A DNA stretch of 63,751 bases, filler included, from Octopus bimaculoides (Eukaryota), in the NCBI RefSeq assembly GCF_001194135.2. It is 7 parts of 6 records of this genome, joined end to end, with 100 filler letters (N's around TTAATTAATTAA, not from the genome) between each part and the next. Parts side by side here need not be neighbours in the genome. Positions count along the whole stretch, not along the records: positions 1 to 30,462 come from NC_068985.1; 6 more parts are not named here. The stretch is one strand, 5' to 3'. Positions 1-11,290 of the stretch are shown here, one piece after another. Below the pieces are notes generated by a model that was given only the letters and a program-made list of their open reading frames with translations, had not been told where the DNA came from and did no database searches. The stretch's first letter is position 1, and the number at the start of each line of letters is the position of its first letter. The translations under genes were made by a program, and so were the position numbers.

Positions 1-46
<46 letters not shown>

Positions 47-1065
47 TGCCAACTAAATGTGGCAGTTGCTTAGAGGATGATGTTACTGTTGTTTTTAGCC
101 CCAGGAAGACAACTCCTCCAGCTGGCTAACAACACACTGCCTGTGTTCGATTGGAATTTGCGAGGGGAAGTCATCGCTCCCATCTCTAGCCTTACATGAT
201 ACACACAGATCTGAGTTTCTGGGTAGTTACCTGTCTTCAGTGTATGATAATCACCAGTTAGTGATGAACATTTTTCATTAGGTATGCCATTCAGAAAGCA
301 TGTGGGCTGGTTTGCCCATGACTGATGTAGACTGCCATGGTGGCAAAAATGTCTTCATTCACTTTACTTCTGTTCTTTCATACTAGCATGGATCACATAA
401 ATGTTTTGTTGAGGCATTCTTTTACAACCGGATTCCCTTCGAGTCACTGATCCTTACCTGTTTTTCAAGTAAGATATCTCTTATTCTATGTTGCTTTAAG
501 GGTACAAAATATGTAAATGATTTGCTTTCAACAAGGGTAGAGTTAGTAATGAGCCATGTGTTCATCAGAACATGGTTCTCAGACCACCAACAGTTTATTA
601 TAGTTGTCCATGCCATAACAAAGAAGTTTAAAATTGACCTAGTTCCCATAGCTGAATATGTTGAAGAGTTAGACTGCAAATTTCAAGCATAGAATCAATA
701 CCTAGAATCAAGAGGTCTTAAAGTAAACCTAACACAGGCAGAAGTTTTAATCAGCAGGAGAGAAAACAGAGTTCTGCTGCCATAAGAGATGTGGCTGTGC
801 TTAATATGCATAAGAAGAGTAGATGGGAATATCATATAGCGTGCTTACTATAAATTACAGGTGCACAAAAAATGCAGTGGGATCACAGGCAGGCTGACAG
901 AAAAGAAAGGATTCATAAGTAACAGATGTGCAAGAATAGTCAACTATAACAGCAGCCATAAATACATTCTTTCAAATGTACAGCTGACTCCTTAGAAGTA
1001 GTTAATAGCTTCTTTGACACAAGTGGTCCAATTAGCATTAGAGGAGAGTGTTTTGAAAGCATAGT

Positions 1066-1444
1066 TGTGGTTGTTGGCACTCCGTTGCTTACGACGTCGA
1101 GGGTTCCAGTTGATCCGATCAACGGAACAGCCAGCTCGTGAAATTAACGTGCAAGTGGCTGAGCACTCCACAGACACGTGTACCCTTAACGTAGTTCTCG
1201 GAGAGATTCTGCGTGAAACAGTGTGACAAGGCTGACCCTTTGAATTACAGGTACAACAGAAACAGGAAGAAAGAGTGAGAGAAAGTTGTGGTGGAAGAAT
1301 ACAGCCACAATCCCCTGTTGGAGCCTCGTGGAGCTTTAGGTGTTTTCGCTCAATAAATACTCACAACGCCCGGTCTGGGAATCGAAACAGCAATCTTATG
1401 ACCGCGAGTCTGCTGCCCTAACCACTGGGCCATTGTGCCTCCAC
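1066..1444 (-). mobile_element. tRNA-derived SINE, family A, full length with 13-bp TSD
   Basis: Minus strand starts with A-box TGGCCCAGTGG and B-box GTTTCGATTCC and ends in ...CGGAGTGCC(AAC)n; TTGAAAGCATAGT is present at 1053-1065 and 1445-1457. Confidence 0.92.
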
Positions 1445-1631
1445 TTGAAAGCATAGTAGTCAGAGTAAAAAGTTTAAGGAGCCATTACTTCAGCAGGTAA
1501 CAAATAGAGTTTTTCTTTGAGTGAAGGGTAGAGTGTATAACGTGATACAACATAGTAACAAAACATGGGAACTGAATGTGGAAGAGAATGTGAAGGTAAA
1601 AAATAAATGCGGTGGGCATGCTTTGTTGGAT

Positions 1632-2013
1632 CTTTTCTTTTACTAATTTGAACTATTGGACTATGGCCATACTGGGGCATTGTATTGAAGGGTTATGTGA
1701 AACAAATCAATCTCAGTACTTATTTTTTAAGTCTGGTACTTATTTTATCTTCTTTTTTGCCAAATCCCTACAGAAATGTAAACAAACCAACAGTGGTTGT
1801 CAAGCAGTGTGATGGGGACAAACATAAACACAAAGACACACACACACACAAGCATATATGTGATGGGCTTCTACACAGTTTCTGTCTACCAAAGTCACAT
1901 AGAAGGCATTGGTTGGCTCAGAGCTATAGTAGAAAACACTTGGCCAAGTCGTGGGATTGAACCAAAACCATATAGTTTCGAAGTAAGCATCTTAACCATA
2001 CAACCATGTCTAT
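1632..2013 (-). mobile_element. tRNA-derived SINE, family B (internal CA/GT microsatellite)
   Basis: Collinear with the copies at 13201, 26770, 31541 and 34880; removing it rejoins the LINE frame TGTTGGAT|GTTTAATGTTAGTGTG. Confidence 0.85.
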
Positions 2014-3142
2014 GTTTAATGTTAGTGTGAACAATGGGTCACAAATGAATTGAAAGAAAAACTGGGTATAAGAGGAATCAGATGCAGTGTACATAAGATA
2101 TGACAGAGTTAATATAGAAATGGGATGTAATGGCAGATGACAGTTTTGTAATGTGGGGCCAAGGGTCCAATTAGGAAGGTACCTGTGGAAGAGGAACTAC
2201 AACGAAGACATGGGAAGAAGTGGTAAAAGATGATCTAAGGAATCTAAATCTCATGAAAGAGATGACAAAGGACCACAATGTGTAGAGAGAAACTGTCAAA
2301 GACACAACCAATCAGTGAAGGAGGAGAGTAAAGGAGGAGGTTGAGAGCAAAACTGGGAGGAGGAGCAGACACAGAAAAAGGAGAGGGAGGAAGATGGGAG
2401 AAAGTAGGTAGCTAAGAGAATGAGTAAGAGAGTAGGAGGAATTATTAAAGATTAACTTGATGAAAGCAAATTAGCTGAAGCTTATTTGATTATGCAGATA
2501 AATATCTGATCAAGAGGATTATCTCATTAAATTTGAAGAGAGAAACAGTATAAATTTCAATCAATTTTAATTGATAATTATTCAGTAATTAAAAAAAAAA
2601 CCCATTACCAATTGTGAGGAGTTATGGGTAGCTGAAGTACTAGAGTACTGGAATATTAACAAAAAGATCTGATGTTCATATCATATTCCTAGTACTGTAA
2701 TATATCTATGGCCAAGGCCTTCAAATGTTAACATCATCCACCTAGCTGTAAGTAGATATCACAGAGTGATACCTAAGCTGTTATTCTAATTATAAATGGG
2801 TGCCATATTGTACTATGGTTTGCTGTGTTGTATCCATAACCCAGCCAGTGCAGTCTAGTCTATCTAACTGTAGGTAGGTTCCACAAAGTGACGTGTATTG
2901 TGCTCTTGATCAAGAGACATAGCATCAACAGTCCAGTCTGCCTAGCTGTATATAGGTACCACAATGTGATGCACTACGCTGTACTGTTTCCTTAACTGAG
3001 ATTTCATACTGTCAACATTCCAGTCTTCTTAGCACCGTGTGATACAGAACACTTTGAAGTGTCCTTGACAAAGACATTAAACTGTCAATAGCCCAGTGTA
3101 GCTGTTTGTAGGTACCACATTGTGATAGAATAAAATTAGAGT

Positions 3143-4147
3143 TAGGGTGCATTCCAGAAGTTTTGAAGCTTTTTCCAGGGACACATTTTTTTATTCCAAA
3201 AGAATACAAAAAACTCTAATCTCTGACTTCAATGTACTTGTAGCACTCCAGCCACTTTGTGAAGGCCCTAATGAAAGTCCTCTAAAATGAAGTTATCCTT
3301 CATCATCTCAATGTCTTCAACATGACTGCCTCCGAGGTTCTCCTTCAGCTTGAGAAATGACCAAAAGTCACAGGAAGCAAGGTCTGGACTATAGGGATAG
3401 TGAGGGACAGATTTGACCCCTGTCTCTGTCAAGTGGTTGGTACCAGGATGGAATTGTGAACTGGTACATTTTCCTGATGCAGGTGCCACTGACCCAAGTA
3501 GAAGAACTCTGGCGTTTTATATTGAAATATCTTCCTGAACTCCCTAAAACCACCACAGAGTACTCTTTATTGACCATCTGGCCAGAGGGAATCCAGAAGA
3601 TGTAGATGGCGCCCTTGCTGTAGAGAAAGTGGATCATCATGAGCTTCTTGGTGGGCTTGCTTTGCCTAGTCTTCTTAGGTCTGGTGGGGCCAGTATACTT
3701 CCACTGGATACTCTGTCTCTTGGTATAAGGATCATAACAGAAGATGAAGCTTTCATCACTTTGGAGTTGGTGTGGTAACTTTATACTGAATTATTGATGA
3801 AGATATGAACATCAGAGCTGGACAAAAGGAAAGATACATTAGTGACAGCAGGGAAATGGTTGAGTTCATTATCTCCAATCCAAGAGTATTTGAGTTTAAT
3901 ACTAAACTTTATTGCATAGTAAGCCTCCAAATTGTCATCATGTCCCAACTGCATTTTGCAAACTAGTCAGCTGTGACAAGCAGTATTTAGTAGAGAATGT
4001 TGAATGTGCTTTTACAGCTGTCTGGGATAACAAAAGTTCGCAGGTCAGCTTATTTGATATGCAGTAATGATATACTTAAATTATAACAATTTAGGACAGT
4101 TATAGCACTTATAGAAAAGTCTCAAAACTTCTGGAATGCATGTCATA
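3143..4147 (-). mobile_element. Mariner (Tc1/mariner) remnant with both TIRs and a degraded transposase
   Basis: TIRs TGCATTCCAGAAGTTTTGAAGCTTTT (3148) and AAAAGTCTCAAAACTTCTGGAATGCA (4115-4140); minus frames give DESFIFCYDP, KLMMIHF..KG, and VPHYPYSPDLASCDFWSFLKLKENL. Confidence 0.9.
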
Positions 4148-4377
4148 TACTATAGTATACAGAGTCTTTGACCAAGACATTAAACTGTCAACTATTCAGT
4201 CCTATTTGTATGTAGGTTGAGCTACATACAGCTAGGTAAACTGTATTACCTACAAAAGCCTCATATCAATCACAATCATGCAGACCTATGATCGAAGAGA
4301 TTCTAACCATGAAGGTGCTATGTGTTTATGGTTATGTTGAAACTATATTGTTTAATTTATCATGTCCTTATATAATA

Positions 4378-4615
4378 TTTATTTCTTTATTGCCCACAAG
4401 GGGCTAAACATAGAGGGGACAAACAAGGACAGACAAAGGGTTTGAGTCGATTACATCGACTCCAGTACATAACTGGTACTTATTTAATCGACCCCAAAAG
4501 GATGAAAAGCAAAGTCGACCTTGGCGGAATTTGAACTCAGAATGTAACAGCAGACGAAATATCAATAAGCATTTTGCCTGGTGTGCTAACGTTTCTGCCA
4601 GCTCACTGCATTACT
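4378..4615 (-). mobile_element. tRNA-derived SINE, family C
   Basis: Collinear with the young copy at 54920-55152 (GAACTCAGAA..., AAAGTCGACC, GGTACTTA); most differences are at CpG sites. Confidence 0.88.
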
Positions 4616-4786
4616 GCCTTATATAATATTGGGTTACCATCTTTAACAAGTCACACAACCATTCAGATGATCTCTCATTGGGTGTAAGCTGTTACCATGA
4701 AGTGGTATATCAAGCCATGTAACCCTCTGGTTAGGGCGTTGTACTCACAATTTTTAGATTGTGGCTTCAGTTATCTGACAGGGTCG

Positions 4787-5150
4787 ATGCCAGTGCCACC
4801 TTAATGGCTCCCCGTGCTGGTGACACGTAAAAAGCACCATCTGAACATGGTTGATACTAGTTGCCCCCACCCTGACTGGCTCTTGTGCTGGTGGCACATA
4901 AAAAGCATCATCCAAGCATGTTTGATGCCAGTGCCACCTGACTGGCTCCCATACAGTTGGCACGTAAAAAGCACTCACTACACTCTTGGAGCAGTTGGCA
5001 TTAGGAAGGGCATCCAGATGTAGAAACCTTGTCAGATCAGACTGGAGCCTGGTGCAGCCTACTGGCTTGCCAGTCTCCAGTCAAACCGTCCAACCCATGC
5101 CAGCATGGAAAACGGATGTTAAATGATGATAATGATGATGATGATGACGA
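4787..5150 (+). mobile_element. SINE family D: three ~68-bp GGCACGTAAAAAGCA units, then an RTE-type tail ending in (GAT)n
   Basis: Three internal repeats, then TTGGCATTAGGAAGGGCATCCAG...AACCCATGCCAGCATGG...(GAT)n; second copy at 27104-27450 on the minus strand. Confidence 0.85.
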
Positions 5151-5387
5151 CAGTGCTTTGTGATCTAGAGTAAAATACTTCATTTTGTATTACCCCCGTC
5201 TACTCAGCTGTAAATGAGAAATCTTGCTATGGAATGGCATTCTGTTCAGGGGCAATATTGGGATATTGGACTTGTATATTCTATAGAAATCAGATAACTA
5301 GACTCATGAGTCCTTGGTCCAAAACAGACCTAAAACAAGAACTAAAAGTGGTATACTTCTCTATTCAAGCTGTAGAATTGTAAAACT

Positions 5388-5425
<38 letters not shown>

Positions 5426-6721
5426 AGTTTTAAGTTCGTTTACGGGAAACATCTTGAATATGCATATAAAAGCTCCTATTTTATTATGCTAGCTTCCACT
5501 CCTCCCCACCAAATATATACAGAACTGCCTACATACCCCAATCAACCATCTCATTGGTCAAAATTGATAAACAATCCTCAGTTGTACATCTGTTAATGCC
5601 ATCATGTCACCCAAAGAAATGAACACATGAATATGGTCCACCTGATGTTCATGGATACTATGGACTATACTGTAATCATCCTAGGAATACAAACTGTGAT
5701 CTTGAAAAAACATGTGGTTTGTGAAAACACATGTAGCGATGCATTAAAATATCTACAAATTCCATCTATGGATTATTATTACTGCTATGTATGTGTGTGT
5801 GTGTGTGCATGCGTGCGTGTGTGCATGCATACGTGTGTATGTGTGTGTGTGTGTATTCTGTTGCTTCAAATTTGCTATATACTGGGGAAAAAAATTACCC
5901 CCAATATCCTATCCAGGAGGAAGTTTATCTCTAATACTTCATATTTTGAAAATCAGAAATAATACCATGACACAATTGATCTTCAAAATATCGTGTCTAG
6001 ATTAACTTGAATTTGATAGTGATATACTAGATGAAACGCTGGCGTGAAGTCAAGCATTCAAAGTGGTGAAAGGTTGTTGAGGATTAACTAAGATTATATT
6101 TATTAAAGCTTGACTTTCGCAAAACCTACTGCCTTGTGAAGAAGAGGTATGTCCAATTGTATGAGATATTGGGTTGTTATAAGATCATATCTTTTGTTAA
6201 TCTCTTATTTTAGTCAGTGATGTAACTTACTGATAAATAATAACAACTGATAAATGATAACAACAACAGAACAAAAGATACAGTATCAAGAACAAACATA
6301 GCCACAGATAACTGTTTCTAGTAAGGGCTTCCTGAAAGGGAAGAAAGTCTAACCTTTCGATTAGACACATTATGTGACTTGAACTTGCCAATGAAAAAAT
6401 ACAAGTTGTTTTTACACTAAATGTTTCTATTTTTACTTTTGTTAAACAATATTTTAATCATTTAGAAATATTATTAAGCAAATATGATTTCAAAAATGTA
6501 AGTTGTCTGTACAGTAAGTATTTATATTTTAGCTTTCTTTAGAAAGACAATATTTTCATTTTTCAAAAATTATTTTCAAGTAAATACCATTACAAAAATT
6601 TTTTTGGCATATATAAAAAATATTTTAAAGTGAAAATGACTTTAAAATACAGTAAATATCTCGTAAAAGACCTGTTTGGAACCTTGGTTACATAGACTTT
6701 TTTTTGAGTGCATTCAACGTA

Positions 6722-7591
6722 TCTCACCTCCAAAGATTTGGTTGCTATTTCTAGCACGCCCTGCTACCACATAACAGCTATTTGCAATAGAGGACCCAAA
6801 ATAGCTGTTACATGGTAGCAGGGCGTGCAAGAAATAGCAGGCAAATCTTTCCTTTTCTGAAGAAAGGAGCTGTTAACGCATGATTTTGATGTCACATTTG
6901 TTGAAACATGTGAAATAACCTGGAAAAGAAAAAAAAACCCCACGAAACAAAACTCTGTTGGTGGGAAACTCAGAGTTTCCCAGGAAACTCCGAGGTCGCC
7001 ACCACCCCTAACCCCTTTCTTTTCCAGAAGAAAGTGGCTTGCTGTGAGTTTGAAGGTGAGATATGTTGAATGCACTTGAAAAAACCAGTTGAAAAAATTA
7101 TTTCACACTGAAGTATGAAAGGGTCCTTTATGAAATATTTACACAAGATCGGGACATGCATGCGAATAGAAGGATCGATGAGACTGATAAGTTAAGGGCT
7201 GAGCACATGGCGGAACAGAGGAAAAGAAACAGAAACAGGAGAGATCAGGGATCAGACGCTCGGAGAGCTGAGTGTCTGGCAAAACAGAGGGAAAGAGACA
7301 AAAGCAGGAGATGTCATGAATCAGATGCTCATGTGAATACAAATAGAATAAAACAAGTTTCATGTAAATTGGACCACGGGTTACTGAGATACATGGTTTT
7401 TTGGGGTACCTTTATAAATTGCCAAACTGGCATATAAAGGGGAAAATGTTTTGAAAGTAAGGTACCATTGAAATGTGAATACACACAGAATAACAGAAGT
7501 TTTGCGTAAACTGGACCATGGATTCCTGAGATACACAGTTTTTGGGGGTACCTTGAACTATTGGTGACCCAACGGGTCACAGGTAGTCTAG
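6722..7591 (+). mobile_element. Non-autonomous Helitron-like element
   Basis: 3' hairpin GTGACCC-AAC-GGGTCAC (7564-7580) followed by CTAG|T (7588-7592); candidate A|TC 5' end at 6721-6723; subterminal 41-bp inverted repeat; internal ~49-bp direct repeat near 7366 and 7508. Confidence 0.75.
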
Positions 7592-8057
7592 TATTAAATA
7601 ATGTTATACTACATATTCATAGAAGACAAGATTTTCATTGGTGATCAGAAGACCGGGGTTGGCCTGGAGCTAAACAACATTTCAAACTATTTCTAATAAA
7701 AACAGAGAATCTTGTTCTGTCATGCTTCATTCCTCGTGAGTATATATGAACAGTTGTTTGACAGGCTTCACAACTGGATTCATAAAATTGAAGTTTTTTT
7801 TTTTTAAACTGAAAACAAAGAGAATTCGAAATATTTAGTAGGAGTGAAAGTTTAGTGAAACTATTTTATTTAGAAATAAAACAAATAAATATAAAATATC
7901 TAACTAGCTTGATTCAAGATCTATGAATGTGATTTATTCAAAGAGGCCATGAGAACCATCTGCATCTGATTCTACTTCTTTGTGCACATTAATTAATTAA
8001 TTAACTATTGACTTATCCAACTACTTACCTACCTACCTACCTACCTACTTATTTATA

Positions 8058-8371
8058 TACCAGGTATGGTCAAAACTTTTTTCAGATTTTTCCCTGATTT
8101 TTGGATACTTGGATGAGGGGGTACTCAAAAGCATGTCCAATGTCTCTGTAGTGAACTTCCCAAGTTTGACATGAAATTTCATGTTGGCTCTTTGCTCCTA
8201 TTCATGACAAAATTGCAGACCACAGCATACAGGTGATCACAAAAACACAAATTTCACTTGGCACACTGCCTCATGAGGGTTACTGCTAGCTCTCACTGCT
8301 CACACAACCATGTGCTGCCATCTGTTGGTGTGCTACAGAACTAGTCCAGGAACGTTTTGATACCCCTTGTA
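8058..8371 (-). mobile_element. Internally deleted mariner (MITE-like) retaining the transposase N-terminus
   Basis: Minus frame EQRANMKFHVKLGKFTTETLDML; TIR-like ends TACAAGGGGTATCAAAAC (right end, minus strand) and TACCAGGTATGGTCAAAAC (left end). Confidence 0.7.
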
Positions 8372-8429
8372 ATGCTACTTGACAGGGTATGTAGCTCATT
8401 AATAAGAGCCAATACTTTTCTCCACTAAT

Positions 8430-8640
8430 AGGTTACAGCTCTGGTATTACAGACATGTGATTAGAATATTGTAGAAAAGAACTGCAAGATGAATTCTTCA
8501 AGCTGACCCAACCAGCAGAAGTAAGGGTAGACCAAGAATGAGATGGTTGGATAATATCCAACAGTCACTGTGGGTCACGTTTGGGAATCCAGCTAGAAAG
8601 TGTTATGATAATTGCTTCTCATAGGATCCTACGAAGGAGG
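8430..8640 (+). mobile_element. RTE LINE C-terminal remnant
   Basis: Translates as LQLWYYRHVIRI...SKGRPRMRWLDNI. Confidence 0.6.
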
Positions 8641-9019
8641 TACCTGAGTACTCTACCCTTATGATCCTACAAAGAATAGCAGGTGAAGAAGACAGATGAA
8701 TAAATGGTAATATTTTATTGTTACATGGCCATATGATACCCCAACTTCTATGCTGATGCTAAACATAATAAGATACCAACTCCTTAATTCACATTGCAGG
8801 AGAAGACACCAGAGCAATAAAGTCCAATACTGACATTGGGGTGTACATTTTTCCTTATTACTATCTTCACTTTGAACAAGAGGGATCTAGTGGCAAAGAT
8901 GATTCAAAACAACTGGCACAGCCTTCCAACTGGAGGAAATTACCAAAAATCTGGATGATTGGAAACTATTTTGAAACCAACTGCCACAGTTTATTTTTGT
9001 CAAGATGCAACCCCTTGGT

Positions 9020-9272
9020 GAAGTCACATGGCCTAGTGGTTAGGGTGTTGTACTCATGATCACAAGATCATAGTTTCTATTCCTTGACTGAGCAGTGCAT
9101 TGTGTTCCTGAGCAAAAAACTTCATTTCATGTTGCTCCAGTCCACTCAGCTGTAAACGAGTATCCCTGCAATGAACTGGAGCCCCAAGCAAAGGCAATGT
9201 TATGATCTTGGTCACTTACAATCCATGGAGGCCAGGTAATCATCCCAATGAGTTTTAGGACTTGAGACAGTA
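9020..9272 (+). mobile_element. Old tRNA-headed SINE (head related to family A)
   Basis: TGGCCTAGTGGTTAGGG A-box region, then GTGTTCCTGAGCAAAA..CTTCATTTCATGTTGCTCCAGTCCACTCAGCTG, as in the copies at 22766 and 44537. Confidence 0.7.
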
Positions 9273-10024
9273 CTTACATACACACTCTCAATTCTCATCT
9301 TTCTGCTGTCACTCATGAGGCAACAGGGAATACAAATAGGTCACTCCTGTCATGGCTGTCCACACCCATGTCTTAGATAGATGTTCCAACAAGAACTATG
9401 AATTGAATTCATCACTTTTAAAGCATACTTGTTCATTATCGTAAGTATAGCAATGTTCCTGTACTCTATTGCTAGATAATCCCTAATCTTATACTGGATC
9501 CATCCATCTATTCATTTATCCTTATGACAGGTCTTATTATTCTCCTGCTGGGCTTCTAGTAACTTTCCTCACTTGGCTAGCTGGGTAGAATACCTGTCTT
9601 ATCATTAATAACCTGACTACCTACTGTTTGTATTGGCATGTATTCCAGTCCAACAGGTTATACTAGCTTATATACCACAACTACATCCATTGGAAAAATA
9701 TGTATCTTTGTAATGTCTTCAACAATCAGTGATGTGTATCTAGCCATTGACACTATTCATTCCACACTCACTCATGTTATATCAATTTGTACCAGACTAT
9801 TGTTGAAAATTTCCACATGCCTCCAGTCATATAGTTAAAAAGCAATAAATCATCAGTTGTCAGAGGTCACAGAGCAAAAACAGTATGTCTTAACCCATTA
9901 AGAAAGAAGACATGCACAGCAGTGTGTGTGCGTGAACAATTATGACACATATTAATGCATACAAATATATATATTTACATATACATTTATACATAAACAC
10001 AGAGTGATTCAAAAGTACCTTTAG

Positions 10025-10310
10025 CATAAATGAGTGAATGTATATCATCATCGTTATTGTAACATGTACTCTTCCATGCTTGTATAAGTTGAATGAAATT
10101 CATCAAGGCAGATTATCGATAGTTGGATGCTCTTTCTGATGCCAACCCTCATCTGTCTCCAAGACAATTTTTTCCCCTAGTTCAGACATGTTTCCATGGG
10201 TATTTGCAGACAAATGATACAGTTTGTATAATGATGACATCTGTAGACTATTAGTGCATGATGTCAAGATATACCCACACACTCATGCACACACATACAT
10301 TCATACATAC
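10025..10310 (-). mobile_element. SINE family E, 3' half (RTE-type tail)
   Basis: Reverse complement matches the 19190-19395 segment and the (GAT)n tail. Confidence 0.6.
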
Positions 10311-10814
10311 ATGTATCATCATCACTAAATGTTTGTCTTCCATGTTGGTATGGATTGGACAGTTTAACAGGATCTGATGAGCCAGAAGACTGCATCAAAC
10401 TCCAATGTAATCTGTTCTTCCTTATGCATTAACAGTTGAATCCAAAAGTGGTGCTGTTAGACAAGAAACTCTCAACAAATATTCAAACAGAAAAATCCAA
10501 AGAATATGATAGTTCTGCATTGGCAAAAAGTAATTGTTGTAGTTCATCTGATGCAAAATGAAAAATAAGAAAATGAAAGGAGGGAGGAGTGAAGTAGAAG
10601 AATGTACTGTTTGATTAATGTTAATAGCAAGATCCAGGTCAGTTGAATTGGTGCACACATAAATGTGGAGAGTAGCTGCTGATGAGGGAACAACATAATG
10701 CTGGCAATTATGATAAATCAATGAAAAAAGAGGTCACATCTCCATTCTCATCTCCTCATCCAGCCAATTAAAGACAGATGGCAAATAGCAGACAGCAAAT
10801 TTGTTGCCATGAAT

Positions 10815-11290
10815 ATGGGCCTGGAACTCCAAATTGCGCAGGTAAATCAAAATCAAGATGTTCATTGCAATGGTCAAGTCAGTGCTATTATATAGCAGTG
10901 AAACATGGACACTGACAAAAATATTATCAATTGCGCCTAAATGGATACTACACAAGGATGTTACAAATGGCTCTAAATGTGAAATTGCAGCAGCATATGG
11001 ACAAATGAATGCCTTTATGGAGACCTGCTGAAAATTAGCGAAAAGATCAAGCAAAGCCAGCTGTGACTATCTGGTCATTGTGTGCACCACCCTGAACTGG
11101 AAACATCCAAATTAGTCTTGTGGAACCCACTTAATGGTGATATAAGAAGAGGAAAACATTGTCACACATATATTGACAACTTGATTGCAGACATTGGCCT
11201 GGAGTGTATCCAGGACCCTGAAGCAGTGATGATGGACTGAGAAGTGTGGTGAGTCGACTTTGTTGCTGTGGCCCAGGTTGGAACCACAAT
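10815..11290 (+). mobile_element. RTE/RTE-X LINE 3' fragment
   Basis: Broken frames IKIKMFIAMVKSVLLYSSETWTLTK, YTRMLQMALNV, LSGHCVHHPELETSKLVLWNP and YIDNLIADIGL. Confidence 0.8.

Larger units (their letters stand above)
530..2310 (+). mobile_element. Decayed RTE-clade LINE (RT C-terminus, Cys-rich region and C-terminal domain), interrupted by two SINEs
   Basis: Broken frames read ...LESRGLKVNL..., VHKKCSGITGRLTEK, LEVVNSF, LCW|MFNVSV, LKEKLGIRGIRCSV and KTWEEVVKDDLRNLNL, which are typical RTE ORF motifs; many stops and frameshifts. Confidence 0.8.

Noticed and set aside
4787-4985. Repeat-spacer appearance suggesting a CRISPR array
   Set aside because: Eukaryotic context; the whole units are homologous (no unique spacers) and lie inside a SINE; no cas genes
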